Part shown: positions 1 through 12,071 of the stretch, one piece after another
How the letters are laid out: every line of letters starts with the position of its first letter
Numbering within the stretch: position 1 is the first letter of the stretch
NCBI GenBank assembly: GCA_963816185.1
Contig: CAWFJJ010000001.1
Location: 384,001 to 448,000 of the forward strand
Length of the DNA: 64,000 nt
From: Thermoanaerobaculia bacterium
GTDB lineage: Bacteria > Acidobacteriota > Thermoanaerobaculia > UBA5066
Direction of reading: 5' to 3'
Notes under the pieces: model-generated
Told to the model about the DNA's origin: nothing
Databases searched by the model: none
Seen by the model: only the letters and a program-made list of their open reading frames with translations
Position numbers and translations under genes: made by a program

Positions 1-236
1 CCTCCCTGTTTGAGGAGAATGTAATCGGGGATCGCGACCTTGCCGACGTCGTGGGCGGATGCGAGCCACGAGAGATCGTCGATGAACGCGTCGTCGAGGC
101 CCTCGGTGGATGAAAGGGCCCGGGCGATGAGGCGCGCGTAATGCGAGACGCGGTCGAGATGCAGGCCCGTGTCGGCGTCCCGGAAGCGGGTGAGCTCGGC
201 CGCCAGGTTCACTGCGGAGCGCAGAACGCTGATCAT
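1..236 (-). CDS. HD-GYP domain phosphohydrolase, N-terminal part (runs off the window edge)
   Basis: Manual translation from ATG at 236: MISVLRSAVNLAAELTRFRDADTGLHLDRVSHYARLIA...SAHDVGKVAIPDYILLKQG. RD..TG.H..RV and HDVGK.AIPD.IL.K are HD-GYP motifs. ATGA overlap with the upstream stop. Confidence 0.85.
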   Translation of the reverse strand, partial: MISVLRSAVNLAAELTRFRDADTGLHLDRVSHYARLIARALSSTEGLDDAFIDDLSWLASAHDVGKVAIPDYILLKQG

Positions 237-726
237 CGCCCGGGGATCCCCATCCACTTCAGCTTCGCGCCCGGGACGGCACCGTTCGCGGCGGCGACGC
301 CCGCGTTGACCTCGAGAACGGTGTCGGCTTTCGCCGCCGGCACGACGCTCTCGCACGGCGCGGGATCGGGGGCACAGGGCGGGACGTTCTTCAGCACCTC
401 GACGACGGTTCCGTCCTTCGTCGCGTAGATCATGTCGAGAGGGAAATGGCAGTTCTTCATCCAGAACGGCCGGATCTCGAGGCCGTCGAAAAGGAAGACC
501 ATGCCGGCGGAAGGCGGCATCGACTCGCGAAACATGAGTCCCTGCGCGCGCTCCTGATCCGTGACGGCCACCTCGACGGCGATCGGAGCGCCGGATGGCA
601 GGACGACGCGTGGGCCGGCGGGCGCGGGCGCGGAAGATCCCGCCGGCGCCGCGGGGGACGTCGCGGGTTTCGAGCAGGCGCTCGCGGCGAGGAGGGCCGC
701 GAGGGAAGCGGCCGCGCTGCGGCGGA

Positions 727-730
<4 letters not shown>
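233..730 (-). CDS. DUF192 family lipoprotein
   Basis: C-terminal part of ORF 233..1102; GTG at 730 overlaps the pilR stop. Lipobox-like LAASAC; motifs ERAQGLMFR, FWMKN..FPLDMIY, VLEVNAG. Confidence 0.88.
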
Positions 731-2171
<1,441 letters not shown>

Positions 2172-2175
<4 letters not shown>

Positions 2176-3869
2176 GAGACCTCCGTCGTCGCGCGTTCGG
2201 GAATCGCCGGAACGCCGGATCCGTGCGCGGAGCCGGCGAGGGGAAACGAGATGGAGACGGTGGTGCCCTGCCCCGGCGTCGTGTCGACGCGAATCGCCCC
2301 GCCGTGCTCCTCGACGATCCGGTGGACGATCGCGAGGCCGAGTCCGGTGCCGCCGGGAAAACTGTGGGCGAAGGGCGTGAAGAGACGATCCCTCTCGTCC
2401 GCTGTCATCCCGTGGCCTTCGTCGGCGAACGACACGCTCCAGTGATTCCCTCGAACGTGGGCCGAGACTGCGAGCGTACCGCCGCCCGGCATCGCCGCGA
2501 GCGCGTTGCGCGCGACGTTCCAGAAGATCTGGCGGAGCTGGCCGGGATCCGCCTGGATCACGACGGACGGCGGGTCGAAATCCTGTACGAGGCGGTGTCG
2601 CGAGGAAATCTCGTCTCCGTGCGCGAGAAGCGTCAGGACGTCGTCGAGAGCGGCAGGCGCGTCCACCGGCTCCACGGCACGCTCTTTCGGGCGCACGTAC
2701 CTCAGGAAGTCCTCGAGGATCGTCGACAGGCGATGCGACTCGGCGAGGACGATCTCCATGAGCTTCTGCTCGGGCGATCCCGGCGAGGATGAGTTTTTCA
2801 GAACCTGAACCGATCCCGAGATGGAGGCAAGAGGGTTGCGAATCTCGTGTGCGATTCCCGCCGCGAGCTCGCCGACCGCCGCGAGCTTGTCCTTGAGGCG
2901 CACCTCACCTTCGAGCCGCTTGAGGTCGGTGAGGTTCTGGAAGATGAGGATGCGGCCGATCGTGTAGCCCGAGCCGTCCCGGAGCGCTGTCGCCGAGATT
3001 CCGAAGTACTCCTCCGCGTCCTGCAACCGCCGGGTGTTCTCGAAGCGAAGGATCTCGGAGCCCGACGCCGCGATCCGCTTCCAGTCCGCCTCGCCGACGA
3101 GTCCGAGGCCGAGGAGGGGCCGGCCCACGAGGTCGACGGACGGCGCGCCGAGCAGCTCCTGCGCAGCCCGGTTCGCGTACGTGACGCCGCCGTCGAGGTC
3201 CGTCGTGAGGACGCCCGAGGACATCGACGTCAGGACCGACCCGTGCAGGGATTGCAGCCGGGCGATCTCGGCCTTCCGGCGTTCCACGTCGGCGCGAGCC
3301 TCGCGGAGCTTGTCCGACGCGACGGAGACGAGCAGCGCGGTGGCGACGAAGGCGGCGACGTTGAGCGCGACGTTTCCGACGAGCGTCGGCAGGCTCCAGA
3401 GGTGGCGCGTGCTCTCCGGCGTCTCCAGGGGCTTCGCGACGCCGAAGAACATGAGGTCGACGAGGACCGCGTAGAAGACCGCCGCGAGGCCCGCCGTCGC
3501 GAGTCCCCCTCGCCGGCCGAGAAGAATCGCTCCGGCGGTCACCGTGCTCAGGTAGAGGAACGTGAAGCTCGAGTCCGGGCCTCCCGACGCGTAGACGAGG
3601 CCGGTGATCACGACGAGGTCGCCGAGGAGCTGCACCCCGGCGTTCGTCTCGGCTGGAATCCGGTCGAGCGACAGGATCGCCACGATGGAGATCGAGTACG
3701 CGAACGCGGCCAGGTAGTAGATGAAGTTGAGCGGCAGGGAGGTCGAGAACGTGAACTGGATGAGAAAGGCCGAGAGGAGCAGCGTCGAGACGATGACGAC
3801 GCGCAGGACGACGAAGGCCCGCAGCATCGAGTGCAGCGGCTCGAAAGCCCGCATCCGCCCGGAACTCAC
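2172..3869 (-). CDS. pilS: Membrane sensor histidine kinase PilS (TM-PAS-HisKA-HATPase)
   Basis: About 6 TM helices, PAS-like region, AHEIRNPL H-box, N and G boxes (GTGLGL); canonical pilC-pilS-pilR order. Confidence 0.88.
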
Positions 3870-3882
3870 GAGGACGAGTCTA

Positions 3883-5088
3883 CTAGTTGATCTTGCTGAT
3901 CAGGTCGAACATCGGCATGTACATCGCGACGACGATCGTCCCGATGACGACGCCGAGGATCGCGATCATCACGGGCTCCATGAGCTTCATGAGGCCGGTG
4001 ACGGCGTTGTCGACCTCTTCCTCGTAGAACTCGGCGATCTTGTTCAGCATGGCGTCCAGCGCGCCCGTCTGCTCGCCGACCCCGATCATCTGCACGACCA
4101 TCGACGGGAAGACCTTCGTCTCGCCGAGGGGCTCGGCGATGGTCCGTCCGGCCTCGACCGATTTCCTCACGCCCATGATGGCGTCCTCGACGATCGCGTT
4201 TCCCGCGGTCTTGGCGGTGATCTCGAGACCGTCGAGAATCGGCACGCCCGAGGAGGTAAGCGTCGCAAGCGTGCGGCAGAATCGCGCGACGGCGATCTTT
4301 CTCATGATGTCGCCGAGGATCGGCAGCTTCAGGACGATGCCGTCGATGACGCGCCTGCCGCGATAGGTCGCGTAATAGCGCTTCAGGAAGAAGCCGACCG
4401 CGAAGATCCCCGCGATGATGAAGATGATGTAGCTCGCGATGAAGTTCGAGGCCTTGATGACGAGGCGCGTCGGGAGCGGCAGCTCGGCGCCGAGGGCCGC
4501 GAACAGCGAGGCGAACGTCGGAATGACTTTCCACAGGATGATGAAAACGACGATCGCGGCGACGGAGAGGACGGCGATGGGGTAGATGAGGGCCGTCTTG
4601 ACCTGGCTCTTCAGCTTGACGGCCTTCTCGATGTAGGTCGAGAGGCGGCGCAGGATCGTGTCGAGGATGCCGCCCGCCTCGCCGGCGGCCACCATGTTGA
4701 CGAAGAGGTCGTCGAACGCCTTCGGGTGCTTGCGCATCGCCTCTGCGAGCGAGGAGCCGGCCTCGACGTCCTGCCGCACGGCGAGGATGATCTTCTGGAA
4801 AAGCCGGCTGTCCTGCTGACCGCCCAGGATCTCGAGGCACTGGACGAGCGGCAGGCCGGCGTCGATCATGACCGAGAACTGGCGCGTGAAGACCGCGAGG
4901 CGCCGGGCGTTGACCTTGCCGCCGCCGAGCTTCGGCACGGCCAGCTCCTTGCCCTTCTCCTTGACCGTCGTGACGTCGATCTGCCGGCGCCGGAGGTCGG
5001 CGATCGCCAGATCCTTCGAATCGGCGACGAGGACGCCGCCGGTCGTGCCTCCTTGCCGGGTGCGGCCTTTCCAGACGAACTGCGCCAT
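3883..5088 (-). CDS. pilC: Type IV pilus inner-membrane platform protein PilC
   Basis: FTRQFSVMIDAGLPL, AGEAGGILD, GEQTGALDAML, MYMPMF; two T2SSF repeats. Confidence 0.95.
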   Translation of the reverse strand: MAQFVWKGRTRQGGTTGGVLVADSKDLAIADLRRRQIDVTTVKEKGKELAVPKLGGGKVNARRLAVFTRQFSVMIDAGLPLVQCLEILGGQQDSRLFQKIILAVRQDVEAGSSLAEAMRKHPKAFDDLFVNMVAAGEAGGILDTILRRLSTYIEKAVKLKSQVKTALIYPIAVLSVAAIVVFIILWKVIPTFASLFAALGAELPLPTRLVIKASNFIASYIIFIIAGIFAVGFFLKRYYATYRGRRVIDGIVLKLPILGDIMRKIAVARFCRTLATLTSSGVPILDGLEITAKTAGNAIVEDAIMGVRKSVEAGRTIAEPLGETKVFPSMVVQMIGVGEQTGALDAMLNKIAEFYEEEVDNAVTGLMKLMEPVMIAILGVVIGTIVVAMYMPMFDLISKIN

Positions 5089-5109
5089 GGGTCCTCCGCT
5101 GGCTCCTTG

Positions 5110-6255
5110 TTATCCGCGCCGTGTCACGTTCGACGGGGCGCCCGGAACCACCGGGGCGCCGCCGGCCGCCGTCGACGTGACGACGCCCGCGCCGCGGGCG
5201 ATCATCTCGGCGAGCTCGTCGGGAAGCGAGGAGACCGACATGGCGAGCTCCTGTGAGATCACGCGGCGGTGCACGAGCGTCGCGAGCGACTGGTTGAACG
5301 TCTGCATGCCGTACTTGTTCTGCCCCGTCTGCATCATCGAATAGACCTGGTGCAGCTTGTCTTCACGGATGAGGTTTCGGATCGCGGGCGTGGGAATGAG
5401 GATCTCCATCGCCATGCACCGCCCCTTGCCGGACGCGCGAGGGAGCAGGCTCTGACACATGATGCCCTCGAGCACGAACGACAGCTGCGCGCGCACCTGA
5501 GGCTGCTGGTTCGCGGGAAAGGCGTCGATGATGCGATTCATCGTCTGCACGGCGCTGTTCGTATGGAGCGTCGCGAGCGTGAGATGGCCCGTCTCGGCGA
5601 CGCGGAGCGCCATCTCCATCGTCTCGAGGTCGCGCATCTCGCCGACGAGAACGATGTCCGGGTCCTCGCGGAGGACGGATCTCAGGGCATTCGGGAAGGA
5701 ATGCGTGTCGGCATGCAGCTCGCGCTGGTTCACGATGCAGCGCTTGTGCGTGTGAAGGAACTCGATCGGATCCTCGATCGTGACGATGTGCTTCGGGTGC
5801 TCTCGGTTGATCTTGTCCAGCATCGTCGCGAGCGTGGTGGACTTGCCCGAGCCCGTCGGGCCCGTGACGAGGACGAGGCCGCGCGGCTTGTTGCAGAGGC
5901 CCTCGACGACGTTCGGAATGCCCAGCTCGCGGAAGCCGAGGATCTCGTACGGGATCTGCCGGAAGACCGCCGACACGGCGCCCCGCTGGAGGAAGCAGTT
6001 GCCGCGGAAACGCGCGAGACCCTTCACGCCGAAGGACAGGTCCAGCTCGAGCTGCTCCTCGAAACGGTGCTTCTGCACGTCGGTCAGGATCGAGTACGCG
6101 AGCTGCTTCGTCTCGGGGACTGCGAGCGGCGGGTAGTCGAGCGGGATCAGATCCCCGTCCACCCGGATCATGGGCGGCGAGTTCGTCGTGAGATGTAGGT
6201 CCGACCCTCCGCGCTCGACAAGCGTCTTGAGGAGCTGATGGAGCGTGACCCCCAT
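5110..6255 (-). CDS. pilT: Type IV pilus retraction ATPase PilT
   Basis: SDLHL, GPTGSGKSTT, TIEDPIE, LREDPD..LVGEMRD, AIRNLIRE, GMQT. Confidence 0.96.
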   Translation of the reverse strand: MGVTLHQLLKTLVERGGSDLHLTTNSPPMIRVDGDLIPLDYPPLAVPETKQLAYSILTDVQKHRFEEQLELDLSFGVKGLARFRGNCFLQRGAVSAVFRQIPYEILGFRELGIPNVVEGLCNKPRGLVLVTGPTGSGKSTTLATMLDKINREHPKHIVTIEDPIEFLHTHKRCIVNQRELHADTHSFPNALRSVLREDPDIVLVGEMRDLETMEMALRVAETGHLTLATLHTNSAVQTMNRIIDAFPANQQPQVRAQLSFVLEGIMCQSLLPRASGKGRCMAMEILIPTPAIRNLIREDKLHQVYSMMQTGQNKYGMQTFNQSLATLVHRRVISQELAMSVSSLPDELAEMIARGAGVVTSTAAGGAPVVPGAPSNVTRRG

Positions 6256-6266
6256 TTCGCTGTCCC

Positions 6267-6282
6267 TCCTGAGTACTCAGGA
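6267..6282. promoter_or_regulatory. Perfect 16-bp palindrome TCCTGAGTACTCAGGA overlapping the pilT RBS, next to a TATCAT -10-like box
   Basis: Read directly from the sequence; lies in the divergent pilT / malate synthase intergenic region. Confidence 0.45.
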
Positions 6283-6428
6283 ATGATACGCCGCCGAAGG
6301 GCGTCGGGCCACCTCCGCTTGAAGCGCGATATTCAGCCGGTCAGCTCCCCCGGGGAAGAGGGCGTGGGCGGACGATCCGTCTGTCTTGAATCCCCCCGAA
6401 CAGGGGAGAATAGACCCTCAGGAGAGCC

Positions 6429-8750
6429 ATGTTCATGATCCGGCAGGACATTCTTCAGCGATTCCCAGACCTGTTCGGGACCAAGAAGGTGAACGGGCGA
6501 GACATCAATGTCGAAGAGACGATCGCCACGCTGACGCGAGAGCTGCGCCCGGAGATTGCAAAGGTGTTGACGGCGCGCCGCCAGCTCCTGCGGTCTTCAG
6601 ACCCCGTCCGGAAGAAGTATGCATGGCCGAATTGGGATGAGAGCTTCGAAGATTCGGTGAGCGGAAAGCCGTGGACGTTTCGTCACATCGTCCGGGGTCT
6701 GATCGATAACTTCCTCGGACACGAGAGCGAGTGGCGCTGGCGGCTCAACGACGAGGTCCCCATTCCGGACGACGCGCACCCGTTGAGCAATCCCGGCCTG
6801 GAGCTCACCGGTCCCTGGCATCCGCTCGACATGGCGTTCAACGCCTTGAACAGCCCGGCTCCGATGAACATGCCGGATTTCGAGGACGCCTCGCCGCCAC
6901 ACTTCCGGCCCGACGGCACGCCGAGCAACGAGCCCGTCGGAATCTTTGCGGCCCTGCAGAACGCGAAAGAAATCTTCGAAGGTCGCTGGAACGGCCGGCC
7001 TTACGAGGTGACGAAGAAAGGGAAGACGCGTTCCTACAAGATCAACACGCCTCCCGAGAAGTGGCCGACACGCTTCGGCCGCCCGCCCGGCCTTCACGTG
7101 CGCTACGACCACGTGACGGTGGACGGCGAGCCGGTGCCCGGCCTGATCGCCGTCGTCGTTCTGTGGGTGGCCAACAATTACGAGGCGCTGCGTCGGGCCG
7201 GCACGGGCGTCTACTTCTACATCCCGAAAGTGCAGACTCCGAAGGAAGCCTTGATCCTGGAGAAGCTGCTGGCGCGGATGGAAGCGCTCATCGGCGTGCC
7301 CGCCGGCACGATGAAGATCAAGATGCTGTACGAGGAAGGCAACGCGGGCCGCTCCCTGGCGGCCATCGCGTGGGTGCTCAGGCGCCGGCTGCTGGGAACC
7401 AACGTCGGCCGCTGGGACTACCTGGGAAGCCTGATCGAGATCTGGAAGGACGATCCGAAGGGCGTCTTTCCGGACCCGCAGACGATCGGGATGGCTTCGC
7501 CCAACATGATCGCCTATCAGCGCTACAACGCTCTGCTGATGCTGATGGCCGGCATGAAGAACGGCGAGCTCCGAACGGCGGCCCCGATCGGCGGCATGGC
7601 GGCGGTGATGATCTATCAGTCCAGCGATCCGTACGGCCGCTCCCGGTACAACCCTCTCGCGCTGCGGGCCATGGTGGTCGACAAGCTGCGCGAGCGCCTC
7701 CTGGGCCTGATGTTCATCCCGGAGAAGCCTCTTTCGGCCGGTCAGCAGCCCACGTTGGACGACATTCTCGCCGGCCGGGTCAAGGCGAAACTCTACGATG
7801 CCTATCGGCAGAGCTGGGTGGCGAGCCCGGAACCGGCCTACGTCGCCGCCGGCAACACGCCCTTGCGTACGTCTCTGGCCGAGCTCCAGGCGCTGCTCGA
7901 CGCACCGCTCGAGACGGTGGACGTGAACGGCAAGCCGATGCCGACGGTCGGGAGCGGTCTCTCCGACGTCGAGCGGCAGCTCCTCCAGTCCCGCGGATTG
8001 CTGAACGCGAACGGGAAAATCACGCCGATGGTCCTCGACGTCTCGAACCTGAACACGCCGGAAGCGCTCTTCAGCCAGGAGCGTTGGGACGCGATCTACG
8101 GCGTGCCGAAAGGTGACGTCACCGTCGAGCACGTTCAACACGCCTTCTACATGGCGGCGAACTACGGCTTCCAGATCCTCAACGGCAACTTCGCCGCCGC
8201 CATCGACGACTACGAGCTGAAGCTGCGCTTCATGAACGACCTCGCCACGTACCGGATCGACGTCTCGTGGCTCTGGACGCTCGCCCATCACCAGGCGGCC
8301 ATCACGAAGGACGGCTATCTCAAGCGGCCCGTCCTGACCGCCGACGGCGTCGAGCCGGCCGTGAACGCCGAGCACGTGAAGGCTGGGACGCGCTTTACGC
8401 CGGACTTGTTCCAGAAACTGTGGGACGTCCACAACGAGTGGACGTACGCGTTTTTCGCCGAGCTGGATCGGCGCGGCGACCCGGGTCGCTTCGACCGCGC
8501 CAAGGCGCCGGTGATCATGGAGCTGCTGAAGCGGCAGCTTCTTTCGCCCCGCTACATCCAGCACAGCGCCCGCGTCCTCTTCGTCGTGGGACAGGCGAAC
8601 GAGAGAGAGCGCGCGCAGATTCTGGACGCGATTTTCGATCTCTCCCGAGAGGAGATCGTCCGGGGCGTTAACGCGGGCACCCTGAGCCGCGTCGCGATGG
8701 CCGCGCACGACTACGTCTATGACTTCTTTGAAGCGGTCGAAATCGATTAG
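6429..8750 (+). CDS. Malate synthase, long divergent form (773 aa)
   Basis: GLELTGP, MPDFEDA, YFYIPK, NVGRWDYLGS, PIGGMAA and MNDLATYRI match malate synthase motifs; AGGAG RBS. Confidence 0.85.
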   Translation: MFMIRQDILQRFPDLFGTKKVNGRDINVEETIATLTRELRPEIAKVLTARRQLLRSSDPVRKKYAWPNWDESFEDSVSGKPWTFRHIVRGLIDNFLGHESEWRWRLNDEVPIPDDAHPLSNPGLELTGPWHPLDMAFNALNSPAPMNMPDFEDASPPHFRPDGTPSNEPVGIFAALQNAKEIFEGRWNGRPYEVTKKGKTRSYKINTPPEKWPTRFGRPPGLHVRYDHVTVDGEPVPGLIAVVVLWVANNYEALRRAGTGVYFYIPKVQTPKEALILEKLLARMEALIGVPAGTMKIKMLYEEGNAGRSLAAIAWVLRRRLLGTNVGRWDYLGSLIEIWKDDPKGVFPDPQTIGMASPNMIAYQRYNALLMLMAGMKNGELRTAAPIGGMAAVMIYQSSDPYGRSRYNPLALRAMVVDKLRERLLGLMFIPEKPLSAGQQPTLDDILAGRVKAKLYDAYRQSWVASPEPAYVAAGNTPLRTSLAELQALLDAPLETVDVNGKPMPTVGSGLSDVERQLLQSRGLLNANGKITPMVLDVSNLNTPEALFSQERWDAIYGVPKGDVTVEHVQHAFYMAANYGFQILNGNFAAAIDDYELKLRFMNDLATYRIDVSWLWTLAHHQAAITKDGYLKRPVLTADGVEPAVNAEHVKAGTRFTPDLFQKLWDVHNEWTYAFFAELDRRGDPGRFDRAKAPVIMELLKRQLLSPRYIQHSARVLFVVGQANERERAQILDAIFDLSREEIVRGVNAGTLSRVAMAAHDYVYDFFEAVEID

Positions 8751-8795
8751 CGTCGCGCGTCGTTTCCGGCGAGCTGCGCGCAGAATCAGAGACCG

Positions 8796-11663
8796 ATGCG
8801 AATCGACGCTTCTTCAACCGCGCAGGAGGGCGCCGTCCTCCGGAAGGCCCTCGAGGCGATCCTGCCGCCGGAACGGGTGCTCGATCGACCCGTCGAGCGG
8901 ATCACGCGGGCGGCCGATGCGAGCTTCTACCGCCTGATCCCGCGCGCGGTGGTTCTTCCCTCGTCCGTCGACGAGGTGCGCTCACTCTTCCGGCTCAGCC
9001 ACGAGGCTCGGATCCCGATGACGTTCCGGGCCGCGGGCACGAGCCTCTCCGGGCAGGCGGTCAGCGACGGTCTCCTCGTGGACGTCGCGCGCCACTTCCG
9101 CAGCGTGACGGTCCTCGAGAACGGCCGCCGCGTCCGTGTGGAGCCGGGCGCGATCGGAGGCGCCGTCAACCGGATCCTCAGGCCGTACGGCGTTCGGATC
9201 GGGCCCGATCCAGCCTCCGTGAACACCTGCACGTTGGGCGGAATCCTGTCGAACAACTCGAGCGGGATGTGCTGCGGCGTCGAGCAGAATGCCTATCACA
9301 CGCTCGAGTCGCTCACGTTTCTTCTGCCGTCGGGGACGCTCGTGGACACGGCCGCTTCGGATGCCGACGAGACCTTCCGGGCCGAGGAGCCGGCTCTCGC
9401 CGAAGGGATCCTGCAGCTCAAGCGCGAGCTCGAGAGCGACCCCGGCCTCGCCCCTCGCATCCGGGCGAAGTACCGGACGAAGAACACGTGCGGCTACTCG
9501 CTGAACGCGTTCCTCGATTTCGAGCGTCCCGTCGACATCTTCCGGAACCTTCTGGTCGGGGCAGAGGGGACCCTCGCGTTCATCGCCGAGGCCGTGCTCC
9601 GGACCGTGGCGGACCTGCCGGTGAAGTACACGGGCCTCCTGCTCTTCCCGGACCTCCATGCGGCCTGCGCGGCGATCGTCCCGCTTCGCGACGCCGGCGC
9701 GCGCGCTCTCGAGCTGATGGACCGCTCCGCCCTCCGGTCGGTCGAGCTCCAGCCCGGAGTCCCGCCGTCGATCCGGACCCTTCCGGGGAAGGCGGCGGGC
9801 CTTCTCGTCGAGTTCCAGTCGGCAGACGAAAGCCAAGAGTCCGAGCTCGAGGAGAGAGCGCGCGCGGGAGCCTCCGGCCTCACCCTCGTCGAGCCCGCCC
9901 GATTCACGCACGACGCGGCCGAGCAGGCGCTTCTCTGGAAGGTCCGGTCGGGCACGTTTCCGTCGGTGGGCGCCGCGCGCAAGAGCGGGACGACCGTCCT
10001 CATCGAGGACGTGGGCTTCCCGGTCGAGAGGCTCGCGGACGCGGCGGTCGATCTCACCGTGCTCTTCGCGCGTCACGGCTATGACGAGGCGATCATTTTC
10101 GGCCACGCCAAGGACGGCAATCTCCATTTCGTCGTCACGCAGTCGTTCAACGACCAGGCGGAGATCGACCGCTACGCCCGGTTCATGGACGACGTCGTGA
10201 CGCTCGTCGTCGAACGGTACGACGGAGCGCTCAAGGCCGAGCACGGCACCGGCCGAAACATGGCGCCTTTCGTCGAGGCCGAGTGGGGCCGCGCAGCTTA
10301 CGGGGTCATGAAGCGGCTGAAGGTTCTGGCGGACCCGACGGGGCTGTTGAACCCGGGGGTTCTCATCAACCCGGACCCGAAGGCGCACCTCGCGAATCTC
10401 AAGCCTCTTCCGACCGTCGAGGAAGAGGTCGACAAGTGCATCGAGTGCGGCTACTGCGAGCCGCAATGCCCGAGTCGCGAGCTGACGCTCACGCCGCGGC
10501 AGCGGATCGTTCTCCGCCGGGAGATCGTGCGTCTTCGAAGCTCGCGCGAAGACGGTCTCCTGGCGGCGGAGCTCGAGAAGGATTTCTCCTACGAGGCGCT
10601 CGACACGTGCGCCGTGGACGGCCTCTGTGCGACCGCGTGCCCGGTGGGGATCGACACCGGTCAGCTCACGAAGCGTTTTCGCAAGGCCGCGCATCCGGCG
10701 TGGTCGCACCGGGTGGCGCGCGGGGTCGTCCGCCATTTCGCGCTCGTCGAGAGGATTCTTCGCGCGGGCCTCGGCGCCGGGCATCTCGTCCAGGCGATCG
10801 CGGGAGCGGGCGCGATGCGGGGCCTCACGCGCGTCGTCCGCGCCCTGTCCGGCGATGCGTTTCCCGAGTGGGATCCCGGGATGCCCCGGCCGGCCAGCGG
10901 CGTCCGCCCCTTGACGAGCCGCGACGGCGCATCGGCGGTGTACTTCCCGTCTTGCCTGTCGCGCGTCCTCGGCGCTCTGCCCGGCGAGCACAGCGAGACG
11001 AGCCTGATGGAGGCGCTCGTCGTCGTTTCGGCGCGTGCGGGAAAGCCCGTCTGGATTCCTCCGGACTGCGCGGGCACGTGCTGCGGCGTCCCATTCTCTT
11101 CCAAGGGCTACGCGAACGCGCACACAGATGCGGTCTCACGTGCGATCGATCGCTTCTGGGCCTGGTCGGACGAGGGCCGCCTTCCGATCGTCGTCGACAC
11201 GAGCCCGTGCACGTACGGGCTTCTTCACGCAGGACCCTCTCTCCCGGAGGAGAGCCGGCGGAGATTCGACCGGCTCAGGATCCTCGACGGGATTTCGTGG
11301 GCGCACGACGAGCTGCTGCCCCGTCTCTCCGTGACGTCGCGGGTCCGCCGCGTGGCGCTGCACCCGGTCTGCTCGGCGGTGAAGATGAACCTGACGCCGA
11401 AGCTCGAGCGCCTCGCGGCCGCCTGCAGCTCCGATGTGACCGTGCCGCGCGAAGCGGGATGCTGCGGCTTCGCGGGCGACCGGGGCTTCCTCGTGCCCGA
11501 GCTGACGGCCTCCGCCACGCTTCGCGAGGCTGCCGAGGTGACGGCGGGCGCGTACGACGGGCACTTCTCGAGCAGCCGGACCTGCGAGATCGGCCTGACG
11601 CGGGCGACGGGCTCCGTCTATCGCTCGTACCTCCATCTCCTGGAGGAGGCGACGCGGGGCTGA
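8796..11663 (+). CDS. FAD-binding / Fe-S (GlcD+GlcF-like fusion) 2-hydroxyacid dehydrogenase, D-lactate or glycolate
   Basis: FRAAGTSLSGQA, GHAKDGNLH, KAEHGTGRN, two 4Fe-4S motifs (CIECGYCEPQCP, CAVDGLCATACP), CCG domains. Confidence 0.9.
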   Translation: MRIDASSTAQEGAVLRKALEAILPPERVLDRPVERITRAADASFYRLIPRAVVLPSSVDEVRSLFRLSHEARIPMTFRAAGTSLSGQAVSDGLLVDVARHFRSVTVLENGRRVRVEPGAIGGAVNRILRPYGVRIGPDPASVNTCTLGGILSNNSSGMCCGVEQNAYHTLESLTFLLPSGTLVDTAASDADETFRAEEPALAEGILQLKRELESDPGLAPRIRAKYRTKNTCGYSLNAFLDFERPVDIFRNLLVGAEGTLAFIAEAVLRTVADLPVKYTGLLLFPDLHAACAAIVPLRDAGARALELMDRSALRSVELQPGVPPSIRTLPGKAAGLLVEFQSADESQESELEERARAGASGLTLVEPARFTHDAAEQALLWKVRSGTFPSVGAARKSGTTVLIEDVGFPVERLADAAVDLTVLFARHGYDEAIIFGHAKDGNLHFVVTQSFNDQAEIDRYARFMDDVVTLVVERYDGALKAEHGTGRNMAPFVEAEWGRAAYGVMKRLKVLADPTGLLNPGVLINPDPKAHLANLKPLPTVEEEVDKCIECGYCEPQCPSRELTLTPRQRIVLRREIVRLRSSREDGLLAAELEKDFSYEALDTCAVDGLCATACPVGIDTGQLTKRFRKAAHPAWSHRVARGVVRHFALVERILRAGLGAGHLVQAIAGAGAMRGLTRVVRALSGDAFPEWDPGMPRPASGVRPLTSRDGASAVYFPSCLSRVLGALPGEHSETSLMEALVVVSARAGKPVWIPPDCAGTCCGVPFSSKGYANAHTDAVSRAIDRFWAWSDEGRLPIVVDTSPCTYGLLHAGPSLPEESRRRFDRLRILDGISWAHDELLPRLSVTSRVRRVALHPVCSAVKMNLTPKLERLAAACSSDVTVPREAGCCGFAGDRGFLVPELTASATLREAAEVTAGAYDGHFSSSRTCEIGLTRATGSVYRSYLHLLEEATRG

Positions 11664-11672
11664 CGGTGAGGG

Positions 11673-12071
11673 TCAGGGCCAGGCGGGCAGGGAGAGGAGG
11701 CCGCTCGAAAGAACGAGCCTCAGGTCGCGATCGCGGAAAAGAAGTGCACAGCCGTTCTCCTCGGCGAGGACAGCGATGAAGCAGTCGATCGTCGATCGCA
11801 CGGTGACTCCACGCCGGCGAAGAGATCGGTAGAGATCGGCCCCTTTGAGATACGTCGACAAGCCCGAGGCCTCGAGGAACGTCATCTTCCGGAAGAACGC
11901 TTCCAGCGCCTCGCGTTCGCGTCGAATCCCCTGAAACACCTCGGCCACGACGATACCGCACGTGCAGACGTCATCTTCGCCTGCGAGGAGTCGGTCTACG
12001 GCGAGGGCCTCGGACGAACCAGTCCCGTTCAGGAACTCAACCCATGCCGAGGTGTCGACGAGGACCCTCAC
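11673..12071 (-). CDS. vapC: PIN-domain toxin VapC
   Basis: VLVDTSAWV, AEVFQG, STIDCFIA, LFRDRD; 132 aa. Confidence 0.9.
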   Translation of the reverse strand: MRVLVDTSAWVEFLNGTGSSEALAVDRLLAGEDDVCTCGIVVAEVFQGIRREREALEAFFRKMTFLEASGLSTYLKGADLYRSLRRRGVTVRSTIDCFIAVLAEENGCALLFRDRDLRLVLSSGLLSLPAWP

